A stretch of DNA of 60,773 nucleotides, counting the filler. It is 5 parts of 5 records of this genome, joined end to end, with 100 filler letters (N's around TTAATTAATTAA, not from the genome) between each part and the next. Parts side by side here need not be neighbours in the genome. Positions count along the whole stretch, not along the records: positions 26,239 to 33,392 come from DRR723986_43429; positions 33,493 to 60,773 come from DRR723986_43448; 3 more parts are not named here. One strand, written 5' to 3'. The first letter of the stretch is position 1. Each line of letters opens with the position of its first letter. Below, piece after piece: positions 29,019 through 39,937 of the stretch. Made by a program: the position numbers and the translations under genes. The notes beneath the pieces were generated by a model. It was not told where the DNA came from. It worked only from the letters and a program-made list of their open reading frames with translations, and made no database searches.

Positions 29019-30576
29019 GTCCGTCGTCGAGAAGGCGCGCCACGAGTACTGGGATCGTCGAAAACGGCCGGCGGTCAGCGACCTCGGCGTGGTGACCAGC
29101 CAGCATTTCGCGGCCACGCAAGCCGGTGTCGACGTGCTGGAGGAAGGCGGCAACGCGGTGGACGCCGCGGTCACCGCCGCCCTGACGCTGCAAACGGCTG
29201 AGCCGTGGATGTCGGGCCTCGGCGCCTGCGGTTACATGATGGTGGTCGAGCCCGACGGCGCGGTCGAATGCATCGAGTTCACCGGCCGCCTGCCCGCGAA
29301 GCTGGACATGGAGGTCTACGCGGAAAAGGGCGACGGCAGCACCTTCTTCAACGGCAACGCGATCTCGAGGAACGACGCCAATATCCGCGGCTTCCTGTCC
29401 GCCGCCATCCCCGGCTGCCTGCGCGGCTTTGGCGCCGCGCTGGACCGGCACGGCACCATCCCCTTCGCCCGGGCGCTGCGCCCCGCGCTCGACCGCGCCC
29501 GCGAGGGGATGGAGGTCGACTGGCACACCTCTCTCACCATCGCGCTGGGCCAGCCGGAGATGCGTCGCGATGCGGGCCTGCAGGCGATCTTCCAGCCCAA
29601 GGGCAATATCCCCGCGCCCGGGACGCGGCTCGCCATGCCGCAACTGCTGCGGACCCTCGAACGGCTGAGCGAGACGGGCCCCGAGGATTTCTATACCGGC
29701 CAGATCGCCCGCGACCTCGTGGCCGACCTGCAGGAGAACGGCAACGGCATCACGCTGGAGGACATGGCCGACTACCGGCCGCTGATCTACGACGCGATCC
29801 CCTTCGACTTTGCCGGCCATGTCATCCACACCCCCGGCCACACCAGCGGCGGCCATCGCCTGCGCGCCGCGCTCGGCACGTTCGAGGCGCGCCACGGCGC
29901 CGGTCCCGACGGCCCGGCGTTCTTCGCCCAGATGGCGCGGGCCCTGCGCGAGGCCTATGCGGGCGACAAGCCCCTCGCCCCCCCGGCCGAGACCGACGCG
30001 AAAGGCTCCACCACGCAAATCAACGCCGTCGATGCCACCGGCCGGATGGTCGCGATCACCTTCACCCTGTTCAACCGCTTCGGCGCCTATGCGCTGTCGC
30101 AGCGCACGGGCGTGCTGCTCAACAACGGCATGGCGTGGTACGACCCGCGCCCGGGCCGCGCCGCCAGCATGAACCCCAAGGCCTATGCCCATTCCAACAT
30201 GTGCCCGGTGGCGATCACCGGGGCGGGCCGCAGTCACGCGGTGCTGGGCGCCTCGGGCGGGAACATGATCGTGCCCGCCCTTGCCCAGATCGTCGCGCTG
30301 CACCTGTCGGCGGGCCTCGACGTGGAGGACGCGCTGATGCGTCCGCGCATGGACGCGGGGGCCGGCCCCGGCATCATCGCCAATGTCGACATGTCCGACG
30401 CCGAGATTGCGGCGCTGGAACAGGTCGCCCCCGTCCGCCCCGCGCAGGCCGAGGTGATGCACCGCCCCTTCGCCTCGCCCGCCATGATCGGCCGCCGCGG
30501 CGGCGCCTTCGTCGGCATGCCGGACATCTCCTATCCCGCCGCCCATGCGGCCGCCCCAGAAAGGACCACATCATGA
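29011..30576 (+). CDS. Gamma-glutamyltransferase (Ntn-hydrolase) family protein, cytoplasmic
   Basis: GGNAVDAAV, EPWMSGLG, STTQINAVDATG, TGVLLNNGM, GASGG; no signal peptide. Confidence 0.9.
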   Translation: MDRSVVEKARHEYWDRRKRPAVSDLGVVTSQHFAATQAGVDVLEEGGNAVDAAVTAALTLQTAEPWMSGLGACGYMMVVEPDGAVECIEFTGRLPAKLDMEVYAEKGDGSTFFNGNAISRNDANIRGFLSAAIPGCLRGFGAALDRHGTIPFARALRPALDRAREGMEVDWHTSLTIALGQPEMRRDAGLQAIFQPKGNIPAPGTRLAMPQLLRTLERLSETGPEDFYTGQIARDLVADLQENGNGITLEDMADYRPLIYDAIPFDFAGHVIHTPGHTSGGHRLRAALGTFEARHGAGPDGPAFFAQMARALREAYAGDKPLAPPAETDAKGSTTQINAVDATGRMVAITFTLFNRFGAYALSQRTGVLLNNGMAWYDPRPGRAASMNPKAYAHSNMCPVAITGAGRSHAVLGASGGNMIVPALAQIVALHLSAGLDVEDALMRPRMDAGAGPGIIANVDMSDAEIAALEQVAPVRPAQAEVMHRPFASPAMIGRRGGAFVGMPDISYPAAHAAAPERTTS

Positions 30577-31445
30577 TCCCCGAGGCCCTCCTGTCGCCGA
30601 TCACCGGCGTGCTCAGCGTCGATGCGCCGCGCGCGCCTCGCTCGGCGCTGGTCTTCGACAGCCCGCACAGCGGCCTGCAGCTGCCGCTCGACTTCCACCC
30701 CGCCGTCTCGCCCGAGATGGTGCGCGTGGCCTCGGATACCTATGTGGACGAACTGTTCGAAAGCGCGCCGGACTTTGGCGCGCCGCTTTTGCGCGCGCAT
30801 TTCCCCCGGTCCTTCCTCGACGTGAACCGGTCCGAACAGGACGTGGACCTCGAGATGATCGAGGGCGCATGGCCGCGCAAGGTGCGCGACAGCGCCGCTG
30901 CCCGGCGCGGCATGGGCCTGACCTGGCGCTATGCCTGGGTCGATACGCCGATGCATGACCGCAAGCTGAGCGTGGCCGAGATGGAGGCCCGGATCGAAAC
31001 CTACTGGCGGCCCTACCATACCCGGATCGAGGCGCTGCTGGACGACACCTTTGCCACCTTCGGCCATGTCTATCACGTCAACTGCCACTCCATGCCCGCG
31101 CTCGGCCATGCCCTCTCGCCCGACCCCGCCGGCACCGTGCGGGCCGATTTCGTCATCGGCGATTTCGACGGAGAGAGCTGCGCGCCCGAGCTGACCGAGC
31201 TGCTCTGCACCACGGTCGAGGAACTGGGCTACTCGGTCGCGCGCAACGTGCCGTTCAAGGGGGCGGAACTGGTGCGCCGCTACAGCGACCCCGCCAAGGG
31301 CCGCCACTCGGTGCAGATCGAGATCAACCGCCGCCTCTACATGGACGAGAAGACCCGCGCCCGCTCCGACGGCTTTTCGGGGGTGCAGGACGCGATGCGG
31401 CGTTTGAACGCCGCCCTGCACGACCACGTGGCCGCCCGGTCCTGA
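30573..31445 (+). CDS. N-formylglutamate amidohydrolase family
   Basis: DSPHSG, PRSFLDVNR, YWRPYH, NCHSMP, NVPFKG, QIEINRRLYMDE. Confidence 0.92.
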   Translation: MIPEALLSPITGVLSVDAPRAPRSALVFDSPHSGLQLPLDFHPAVSPEMVRVASDTYVDELFESAPDFGAPLLRAHFPRSFLDVNRSEQDVDLEMIEGAWPRKVRDSAAARRGMGLTWRYAWVDTPMHDRKLSVAEMEARIETYWRPYHTRIEALLDDTFATFGHVYHVNCHSMPALGHALSPDPAGTVRADFVIGDFDGESCAPELTELLCTTVEELGYSVARNVPFKGAELVRRYSDPAKGRHSVQIEINRRLYMDEKTRARSDGFSGVQDAMRRLNAALHDHVAARS

Positions 31446-31480
31446 TCCGGCGGCCCGCGCACATTCTCAAGGAACCACAC

Positions 31481-32656
31481 ATGCCTTACGACTTCGACGA
31501 GATCATCGACCGCCGCGGCACCCACTCGGTGAAATGGGACATGCTCGGTCCCTTCTGCGGGATCGAGGACAGGGATGCCATCGCCCTGTGGGTGGCCGAC
31601 ATGGACTTTCGCGCACCGCCCTCGGTAACGCAGACGCTCGCCGCCGAGGTCGCCCGTGGCGTCCACGGCTACTATGGCGGAGACGACGGCTGGCGCCGCG
31701 CCATCACCGGCTGGATGAGCGACCGCCACGGCTGGGAGATAGAGCCCGGATGGCTCAGCCCGACGGCCGGGGTTCTGAACGCCATCGGCATGATCCTGAA
31801 CGAATTTTCCGCCCCCGGCGACAGCATCGTCATGTTCTCGCCGATCTATCCGGGCTTTACCGGCATCACCAAGGCCGCCGGCCGCGTGCCCTTCTACTCG
31901 CAGATGCGCCTCGTGCAGGGGCAATACGAGATGGACCTCGAGACGCTGGAAGAAACCCTTCCCGCCAATGCGAGCGTCGTGCTGCTGTGCTCGCCGCACA
32001 ACCCCTCGGGCAAGGTCTGGAGCGTCGAGGAACTGCGCGCCCTCGGCGCCTTCTGCGAACGGCACGGCCTGCTGCTCGTGTCGGACGAGATCCACCACGA
32101 CCTCGTGTTTCCCGGCGCCCGCCACGTGCCCACCGCCATCGCCATGCCCGAGATCGCCGATCGCCTGATCACCTGCGCCTCGGCCACCAAGACCTTCAAC
32201 CTCGCCGGCGCCCATCTGGCCGAGACGATCATCTCCGACCCCGTCCTGCGCAAACGCTTCGACGGCCGCGCCGCCGCAGTGGGCGCGCAGCACCACAGCC
32301 TGTTCGGAATGATCGCGACCGAGGCCGCCTATGCCGGCGGGGCGGAATGGCTCGACGCGCTGCTGGTCTATCTGGCAGAGAACCGCGACCATTTCGACAG
32401 GCGCTTCGCCGCAGAGATCCCCAAGGCGCGGCCCCTCTCCCTGCAATCGACCTATCTCTCCTGGGTCGATTTCTCGGAGATGGGACTGCCGCCCGAAGAG
32501 CTGCGTCGCCGCTGCAGCGAGGTCGCGCGGGTGGGCGTCAATGCCGGCACCACCTTCGGACCCGGCGGCGAACAGTTCCTGCGGCTCAACTTCGCCCTGC
32601 CGCGGGCGCAGCTCGACACCGCCATCGACCGTCTCGTGGCCGCCTTCGCCGCCTGA
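31481..32656 (+). CDS. MalY/PatB-type PLP C-S lyase/aminotransferase
   Basis: SVKWD, LWVADMDF, CSPHNP.G, SDEIH, SATKTFNLAG. Confidence 0.93.
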   Translation: MPYDFDEIIDRRGTHSVKWDMLGPFCGIEDRDAIALWVADMDFRAPPSVTQTLAAEVARGVHGYYGGDDGWRRAITGWMSDRHGWEIEPGWLSPTAGVLNAIGMILNEFSAPGDSIVMFSPIYPGFTGITKAAGRVPFYSQMRLVQGQYEMDLETLEETLPANASVVLLCSPHNPSGKVWSVEELRALGAFCERHGLLLVSDEIHHDLVFPGARHVPTAIAMPEIADRLITCASATKTFNLAGAHLAETIISDPVLRKRFDGRAAAVGAQHHSLFGMIATEAAYAGGAEWLDALLVYLAENRDHFDRRFAAEIPKARPLSLQSTYLSWVDFSEMGLPPEELRRRCSEVARVGVNAGTTFGPGGEQFLRLNFALPRAQLDTAIDRLVAAFAA

Positions 32657-32716
32657 CCCGCCCGCGGGCCATGACGGCCCGCGGCCCCTCCCCCGATCCG
32701 AACCCAGGACAGCACC

Positions 32717-33133
32717 ATGAACAAGGCCATCTACACCGCCGAGGTCTCCGGCCAGCCGACCTTTGCCAAAAGCCCCGACGGACAGCTCGACATCGCGCTC
32801 GGCCTCCCGGTCGAGATGGGCGGCGACGGCGTCTCGGGCACCAATCCCGAACAGCTCTTTGCCGCCGCCTACATCGCTTGCTTCTCGGGCACCTCCGCCA
32901 TGGTCGCCCGGCAGAAGGGGCTGACCCTGTCGGGCGCGCCCGACCTCCATTGCACCTGCGCGCTGGTGAAGGCCGAGAGCGGACCCGGCTACATCTTCGA
33001 CGTGGCGCTGACCGTATCCCTGCCCGGCCTGACCGAGGCCGAGGCGGAGGCGGTCGTCACCGCCGCCGACGCGATCTGTCCGATCTCCAACATGCTGCGC
33101 GGCCAGTCCCGCGTCGCGATCGTCCGAAGCTGA
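32717..33133 (+). CDS. Ohr/OsmC family protein
   Basis: GTNPEQLFAAAYIACF and ICPIS; both Cys present. Confidence 0.88.
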   Translation: MNKAIYTAEVSGQPTFAKSPDGQLDIALGLPVEMGGDGVSGTNPEQLFAAAYIACFSGTSAMVARQKGLTLSGAPDLHCTCALVKAESGPGYIFDVALTVSLPGLTEAEAEAVVTAADAICPISNMLRGQSRVAIVRS

Positions 33134-33139
33134 CCCGGC

Positions 33140-33392
33140 ATGGCCGATCCGTCCATCGCCAAGCGCAACATCGCGGTTCTGACCGTTGCCCAGTCCCTCG
33201 GCGGAGCGGGCGCGCCGGTCGTGGTGTCGCTGGGCGGCCTCGTCGGCCAGAGCCTTGCGCCCAACCCCGCCCTGATCACCCTGCCGGTCAGCCTGTTCAG
33301 CCTCGGCATCGCGATCGGCGTGGTGCCGGCGGCGATGCTGATGCGGCTGCTGGGGCGGCGCGGGGCCTACCGGATCGGCGCCGCGCTGGGGG
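33140..33392 (+). CDS. MFS transporter (3' truncated)
   Basis: Hydrophobic helices; RLLGRR loop motif. Confidence 0.8.
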
Positions 33393-33492
33393 NNNNNNNN
33401 NNNNNNNNNNNNNNNNNNNNNNNNNNNNNNNNNNNNTTAATTAATTAANNNNNNNNNNNNNNNNNNNNNNNNNNNNNNNNNNNNNNNNNNNN
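33393..33492. other. Artificial contig linker
   Basis: Same structure; GC-rich to AT-rich switch. Confidence 0.98.
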
Positions 33493-34678
<1,186 letters not shown>

Positions 34679-34711
34679 TTATAATATTTTTTGAATAGTT
34701 AATTATAATGA

Positions 34712-34987
34712 TTAAACAATTGCTAAAATGTCACTCTCGCGCATCATTAAATAGTCTTTACCTTCAAGTTTAAGCTCAGTACCACCGTACTTTCCATAAA
34801 GTACAGTATCACCAACCTTTACTGTTATAGGTTCGTCTTTTTTACCGTTACCAACGGCAACAACAGTTCCCTTTTGCGGTTTTTCTTTTGCATTATCAGG
34901 AATAATAATACCAGAAGCGGTTTTTGTTTCAGCTTCCATCGGTTCTACTAGAACACGGTCTGCTAAAGGTTTAATGTTTAAACTCAT
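34712..34987 (-). CDS. groES: Co-chaperonin GroES
   Basis: [25 protein letters not shown]. Confidence 0.99.
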   Translation of the reverse strand: MSLNIKPLADRVLVEPMEAETKTASGIIIPDNAKEKPQKGTVVAVGNGKKDEPITVKVGDTVLYGKYGGTELKLEGKDYLMMRESDILAIV

Positions 34988-35037
34988 TATTCTATAATTT
35001 TTAATTAATTAATGTTTATTTGACACTTATTTGTTAT

Positions 35038-35069
35038 TCGAAAATTATGCCAAGCCAGAAGTACTGACA
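35038..35069 (-). promoter_or_regulatory. Possible sigma54-type promoter of groES with an upstream TGTCAG
   Basis: Minus strand: TGTCAG-N10-TTGGCATAATTTTCGA; the -12 element is imperfect. Confidence 0.45.
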
Positions 35070-35083
35070 AAGTTTCAGATATA

Positions 35084-35113
35084 AAAAAAGTCAACTATAA
35101 AAGTTGACTTTTA
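35084..35113 (-). terminator. Terminator after secG
   Basis: AAAAAGTCAACT-loop-AGTTGACTTTTT. Confidence 0.75.
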
Positions 35114-35141
35114 ATTTTTTCTAATAGATAGTTTATGCTTT

Positions 35142-35483
35142 CTATAACGAATCGTTGGTTGTTGCTGCCTCATCAGTTGCAGTTGATGGTAAGGCCGGCA
35201 TTTCTGTCGCTTCATCTGCATCTAAGGCTTTAGATTCTACTGAAGACCCATTGTCTATAGTTAAATTAGACGCTAAAATTAACAGAATTAAAGCTGTTGC
35301 TAAAAACCATGTACTCTTGTCCAAGAAGTCTCCTGTCTTTTTTACACCACCTAATTGCTGAGTGCCACCACCACCAAAAGATGAAGATAAACCTCCTCCT
35401 TTAGGATTCTGCACCATGATTACGACTACTAGCAAAAATGCAACGATTACGATTAGTATTAAAAATATTGTAAATGCACTCAT
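35142..35483 (-). CDS. secG: Preprotein translocase subunit SecG
   Basis: VQNPKGGGLSSSFGG...FLDKSTW. Confidence 0.95.
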   Translation of the reverse strand: MSAFTIFLILIVIVAFLLVVVIMVQNPKGGGLSSSFGGGGTQQLGGVKKTGDFLDKSTWFLATALILLILASNLTIDNGSSVESKALDADEATEMPALPSTATDEAATTNDSL

Positions 35484-35484
35484 T

Positions 35485-36402
35485 TTATATTGTGTTATTG
35501 TCCTTTAATTCTTTAACCAATTTTATTTGGTCTGCAAAGAAACTACTTTTTTCTGGATATTTCAAACTTAAAATTTTGTAAGATTGAATTGCCTTGTCAT
35601 AGTTTTTTTGTTCCAGATAGATGCGTGCTAAAGTTTCGGTCATTAGACGGTTAGAAACGTCTTCATCATTATTAACCAACTTAGGTTTTGGTTGGTCTCC
35701 TTTTACTGGTTTTATTTTTGGATTTTCATTGATAAACTTATCAATTATATCTAATTTATCTTGAAGAGGAGGTGCTGATAAAGGTTTTGATTCTTTTATT
35801 TCGTGTTCACCTCTAACGATAGGTTTAAAACTTGTTATTTTTAACCATTCAGCAAAAGAATGACTTTCTGTTTTATCAAAGTCTAGCGGCTTTCCTAGCT
35901 TTAATTTTTCTGCGGGAGTAATATTTTCTACATCTACGGCAATAATAGAATCTTCAATTTTTACATCTTCAACCTGTGGAGGTGTAATGGGTTTAGCTTT
36001 AAATAAATCTGGATCGAGAACTCCTTCTGTGGCCTTGATGTGTTCTTTTAAGGCGTCGTCAATTGTAACACTTTTGTGTAATGAAATATCATCAACAGCA
36101 TTAACCTCAATGGATTTGATGTATTCAGAGTTTTGTTTGATGTATTCCGATATTTCATTCTGATTAAATACGTCGGAAGTTATATAATCAAATAAGACAC
36201 TTCGATCGGCTGTATGAGCTGCCGTTACTTTTAAGGCATTGTTATATTTATAACTATCTCTTTGTTTTAAACCTTTAAGATACAAGGCATGCAAGGGTTG
36301 AAAATATGGATGCTCTTTAATTTGTTTAGAAAGTACTTCGGTTTGCTCAGACGTTACTGCCTCAGGATGCTGTAATAAGTATGTAAGTTCTTGAAGCTGC
36401 AT
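35485..36402 (-). CDS. Conserved Bacteroidota protein with a C-terminal TPR-like motif
   Basis: TETLARIYLEQKNYDKAI..Y.IL.LKYPEKSSFFADQI. Confidence 0.8.
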   Translation of the reverse strand: MQLQELTYLLQHPEAVTSEQTEVLSKQIKEHPYFQPLHALYLKGLKQRDSYKYNNALKVTAAHTADRSVLFDYITSDVFNQNEISEYIKQNSEYIKSIEVNAVDDISLHKSVTIDDALKEHIKATEGVLDPDLFKAKPITPPQVEDVKIEDSIIAVDVENITPAEKLKLGKPLDFDKTESHSFAEWLKITSFKPIVRGEHEIKESKPLSAPPLQDKLDIIDKFINENPKIKPVKGDQPKPKLVNNDEDVSNRLMTETLARIYLEQKNYDKAIQSYKILSLKYPEKSSFFADQIKLVKELKDNNTI

Positions 36403-36405
36403 AAA

Positions 36406-36909
36406 CTACCAATTTGCTAGAGAAGCATTAAAAATATCCTGAGTTAAACGCTCAAATATAACTTCGAAGGCTTCGTCTTTAGTACTACCTGTTAACTGAG
36501 CGTTTGCAGGATAGTCGAAAAAGAATGAGAATCGTTTTTCAAAGTCTTTTTCTTCATCTAATGTATTAAAATATCTTACATTAACACCTATGGTTAATCG
36601 GTTTTGTGCGGCCGTATTTTGAGCAGTAGCCGTCATAGGTGCAATTCTGTATTCTGTAATTTCACCTTCAAATACAAGATCACCACCAGTATTTACTAAA
36701 CTTAAATTGGTTTGATTTTGCATTAAGTCTTGTAATGCGTTAGTAAAATCAATATCTAATCCAGGCTCTATTAATTGTGCATTATTCTGAAAGAAATTTA
36801 CCTGAAATGTCTTTGCATTTCCTGTATCAGCACCAGTAAAGGAATATATGCCACAACTTACAAAAGTGGCGCTAAGAATGACAATTAGTAAAATTTTTAT
36901 TTTGCTCAT
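36406..36909 (-). CDS. lptE: LptE family lipoprotein
   Basis: VSCGIYSFTG lipobox; RLTIGVNVRY; DIFNASLANW. Confidence 0.75.
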   Translation of the reverse strand: MSKIKILLIVILSATFVSCGIYSFTGADTGNAKTFQVNFFQNNAQLIEPGLDIDFTNALQDLMQNQTNLSLVNTGGDLVFEGEITEYRIAPMTATAQNTAAQNRLTIGVNVRYFNTLDEEKDFEKRFSFFFDYPANAQLTGSTKDEAFEVIFERLTQDIFNASLANW

Positions 36910-37107
36910 TTAATAGGTGTTTGGACGCTTCATAGTAATAAATGCATAGATATAACCTGCGTTGTCTGCAACATCAAAATCTACATTTATCAAACGATAG
37001 CCTTGATAATGTTTTTCGTTTATTAAGTCTTCGGCTTCTTTTCTAATAGCCTCAGAGCTGTTTCTCGAAAACGAATTGCGTATCATAAATATTTCTACAG
37101 CTTTCAT
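36910..37107 (-). CDS. Small hypothetical protein
   Basis: 65-aa ORF abutting lptE in the same orientation; INxxxxxGYRLxxV pattern. Confidence 0.6.
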   Translation of the reverse strand: MKAVEIFMIRNSFSRNSSEAIRKEAEDLINEKHYQGYRLINVDFDVADNAGYIYAFITMKRPNTY

Positions 37108-37204
37108 TCGCTAATATCTATATTATTTTTATTGGTCTCATGGAATCAACACTTGTTAAACTTCTAAAAATATATTTTGTTTTGGTTGATTTCATAAAGT
37201 TATC

Positions 37205-38473
37205 TTAAAGATCGAATTGTTTAATTTTTCTGTAAAGCGTGCGTTCACTAATACCTAATTCTGCTGCAGCTAATTTACGCTTACCATTATGACGTTCTAA
37301 GGATTTTTTTATCAATTCTAATTCTTTATCGTGCAATGATAAGGTTTCCTCTTCTTCAATTTCTTCTGCGAAATGGTATTTGTCTTCAACTTCATTACCA
37401 TTAGGTTCTATAACCTCTGTATGTTCTGGTATAGATAAGACTTCTAGGTCTTGTACGGCACTATCAAACTCTTCTGTCTTATCGTCATCACCATATATTT
37501 TTTGAATAAGATGCTCATGTTCTTTTTGTACTTCTGTAGAGCTTCCTTTTTTCATAAGTTCCATAGTGAGTTTCTTAAGGTCATTAAGATCACTCTTCAT
37601 ATCAAACAAAACTTTGTATAAAATTTCGCGCTCGCTACTAAAATCGTTTTCTGCTTTAGATGTGCTAATTACGGCTGGTAAATTGTTACCAGTATTTGGC
37701 AAATATTTTTGTAATGTTGAAGCGTTAATGGTTCTGTTTTGCTCTAAGACAGACAATTGTTCTGCGACGTTTCTAAGCTGACGTATATTACCATTCCATC
37801 GGTATTTTAATAACATACCAATGGCATCATCAGTTAACTTTACTGTTGGCATTTTATATTTTAAAGCAAAGTCACTAGCAAATTTTCTAAAGAGTAAGTG
37901 AATATCGTCTTTTCTATCTCTAAGTGGTGGTAATGCAATATCGATTGTACTTAATCGGTAATACAGGTCTTCCCTAAACTTTTCTTTCTTTATAGCTTCA
38001 AACATATTTACGTTTGTTGCCGCAACTATTCTAACGTTTGTTTTCTGTACTTTACTAGAACCTACTTTAATAAATTCACCATTTTCTAAAACTCGTAAGA
38101 GTCTTACTTGTGTTGTCAATGGTAATTCACCAACCTCATCTAAAAAGATAGTACCACCATCTGCGACTTCAAAATAGCCAGATCGTGTTTGTGTTGCACC
38201 TGTAAAGGCACCTTTTTCGTGTCCGAAAAGTTCACTGTCTATAGTGCCTTCTGGTATGGCACCGCAGTTAACAGCAATATATTTGCCGTGTTTTCTGTGT
38301 GAAAGTTGATGTATGATTTTTGGAATACTTTCTTTACCAACACCACTTTCACCAGTTACTAATACCGAAATATCAGTTGGTGCAACTTGTATCGCTTTTT
38401 CTATAGCACGATTAAGTTTAGGATCGTTTCCTATAATGCCGAAGCGTTGTTTTATGGCTTGTATTGATTCCAT
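37205..38473 (-). CDS. Sigma54-interacting AAA+ activator with Fis HTH and no N-terminal sensor
   Basis: GESGVGKE, SELFGHEKGAFTGA, FREDLYYRL, LGISERTLYRK. Confidence 0.93.
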   Translation of the reverse strand: MESIQAIKQRFGIIGNDPKLNRAIEKAIQVAPTDISVLVTGESGVGKESIPKIIHQLSHRKHGKYIAVNCGAIPEGTIDSELFGHEKGAFTGATQTRSGYFEVADGGTIFLDEVGELPLTTQVRLLRVLENGEFIKVGSSKVQKTNVRIVAATNVNMFEAIKKEKFREDLYYRLSTIDIALPPLRDRKDDIHLLFRKFASDFALKYKMPTVKLTDDAIGMLLKYRWNGNIRQLRNVAEQLSVLEQNRTINASTLQKYLPNTGNNLPAVISTSKAENDFSSEREILYKVLFDMKSDLNDLKKLTMELMKKGSSTEVQKEHEHLIQKIYGDDDKTEEFDSAVQDLEVLSIPEHTEVIEPNGNEVEDKYHFAEEIEEEETLSLHDKELELIKKSLERHNGKRKLAAAELGISERTLYRKIKQFDL

Positions 38474-38491
38474 TGATTAATACCGATTTAT

Positions 38492-39937
38492 TTAATTATT
38501 TTCAGAGTACCCAACAGCCTCACCAATAAGTGTAGCACTTGTGCAATCTGTTACATGCACATTTACAAAATCACCTACTTTATAGTTTTCTTTTGGGAAT
38601 ACAGCTACTGTGTTGTCTGATGTTCTACCAGACCAGTGTAAATCTGATTTTTTAGATGACTTTTCTATCAGAATTTCTACAGTTTTACCTAAGTGTTGTT
38701 CTGTTCTGTAGGCACTATGCTTACGTTGCAATTGTACAATATCATTGAGGCGACGCTTCTTAACATCTTCTGGTATGTCATCTTCCATTTTACGTCCTGC
38801 TAAGGTGCCTGGTCGCTCTGAGTAGGCAAACATATAGCCAAAGTTATACTTTACATATTCCATTAAACTCAGCGTATCTTGGTGATCTTCTTCAGTCTCT
38901 GTAGGGAATCCTGCAATAAGATCCTGACTTATAGAACACTCTGGTATAATACGTCTTATGTTGTCTATAAGTTCAAAATATTCTTCTCTGGTATGTAAAC
39001 GATTCATTTCTTTTAAAATACGATTACTACCACTTTGTACAGGTAAATGAATATGTTTACAAATGTTTTCATATTTAGCCATAGCCTCAATAACGTCTAA
39101 TGTTAAGTCTTGAGGATTAGATGTAGAAAATCGGATACGCATTTTTGGCTGTGCTTTGGCTGTTAGTTTTAATAGTTTTGCAAAGTTTACAGCAGTCGCT
39201 TTTTGCAAATCTGAGGCTTTGTCAAAGTCTTTCTTTAGGCCGCCTCCATACCATAAATAACTATCTACATTCTGACCCAGTAACGTTACTTCTTTATAGC
39301 CTTTAGACCATAAATCGTTAACTTCTTCAATGATACTCTGTGGGTCTCTACTACGCTCTCTACCGCGTGTAAAAGGAACAACACAGAATGTGCACATATT
39401 GTCACAACCACGTGTAATAGATACAAAGGCTGTAACGCCATTGCTATTTAATCTAACGGGTGAAATATCTCCGTAAGTTTCTTCTTTAGAGAGGATAACG
39501 TTAATGGCGTCTCTACCTTCATCAACTTCAGCTAAAAGATTTGGTAAATCTTTATAAGCGTCTGGTCCTACAACAAGATCTACAATTTTTTCTTCTTCTA
39601 AAAATTTAGTCTTTAATCGTTCTGCCATACAGCCAAGAACACCAACTTTCATTTTTGGATTAATCTTTTTAACAGCATTATATTGTTGCAGACGTTTTCT
39701 TACAGTTTGTTCTGCTTTATCTCTTATTGAGCATGTGTTTACTAATACTAAATCCGCGTCTTCAAGATTTTGAGTCGTATTAAATCCTTGATCTGAAAGT
39801 ATAGAGGCAACAATTTCACTATCACTAAAATTCATAGCGCAGCCGTAACTTTCAATAAAGAGTTTACGTTGATTGCCTTCTTTTTGTTCTAATATTAAGG
39901 ACTCTCCTTGTTTATTATCGTCTATTATTTTCTCCAT
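38492..39937 (-). CDS. miaB: tRNA-2-methylthio-N6-dimethylallyladenosine synthase
   Basis: [21 protein letters not shown] radical SAM motif, C-terminal TRAM domain. Confidence 0.96.
   Translation of the reverse strand: MEKIIDDNKQGESLILEQKEGNQRKLFIESYGCAMNFSDSEIVASILSDQGFNTTQNLEDADLVLVNTCSIRDKAEQTVRKRLQQYNAVKKINPKMKVGVLGCMAERLKTKFLEEEKIVDLVVGPDAYKDLPNLLAEVDEGRDAINVILSKEETYGDISPVRLNSNGVTAFVSITRGCDNMCTFCVVPFTRGRERSRDPQSIIEEVNDLWSKGYKEVTLLGQNVDSYLWYGGGLKKDFDKASDLQKATAVNFAKLLKLTAKAQPKMRIRFSTSNPQDLTLDVIEAMAKYENICKHIHLPVQSGSNRILKEMNRLHTREEYFELIDNIRRIIPECSISQDLIAGFPTETEEDHQDTLSLMEYVKYNFGYMFAYSERPGTLAGRKMEDDIPEDVKKRRLNDIVQLQRKHSAYRTEQHLGKTVEILIEKSSKKSDLHWSGRTSDNTVAVFPKENYKVGDFVNVHVTDCTSATLIGEAVGYSENN

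Noticed and set aside
26574-33444. 866, 572, 537 and 636 aa ORFs, and the N-terminal 456 aa of the 746-aa ORF
   Set aside because: Antisense or frame shadows in high-GC DNA; only 30573-31445 of the 746-aa ORF has family motifs and its own start
5215-33492. Compositional jumps as evidence of horizontal transfer, or functional links across segments
   Set aside because: All jumps coincide with artificial linkers; the segments come from different organisms
35001-35012. TTAATTAATTAA upstream of groES (also near 47475)
   Set aside because: No flanking Ns; natural AT-rich leader sequence rather than a contig linker
38492-39937. Radical SAM enzyme as a RiPP maturase for a Cys-rich peptide
   Set aside because: It has the full MiaB architecture (UPF0004, rSAM, TRAM) and is not linked to either Cys-rich ORF
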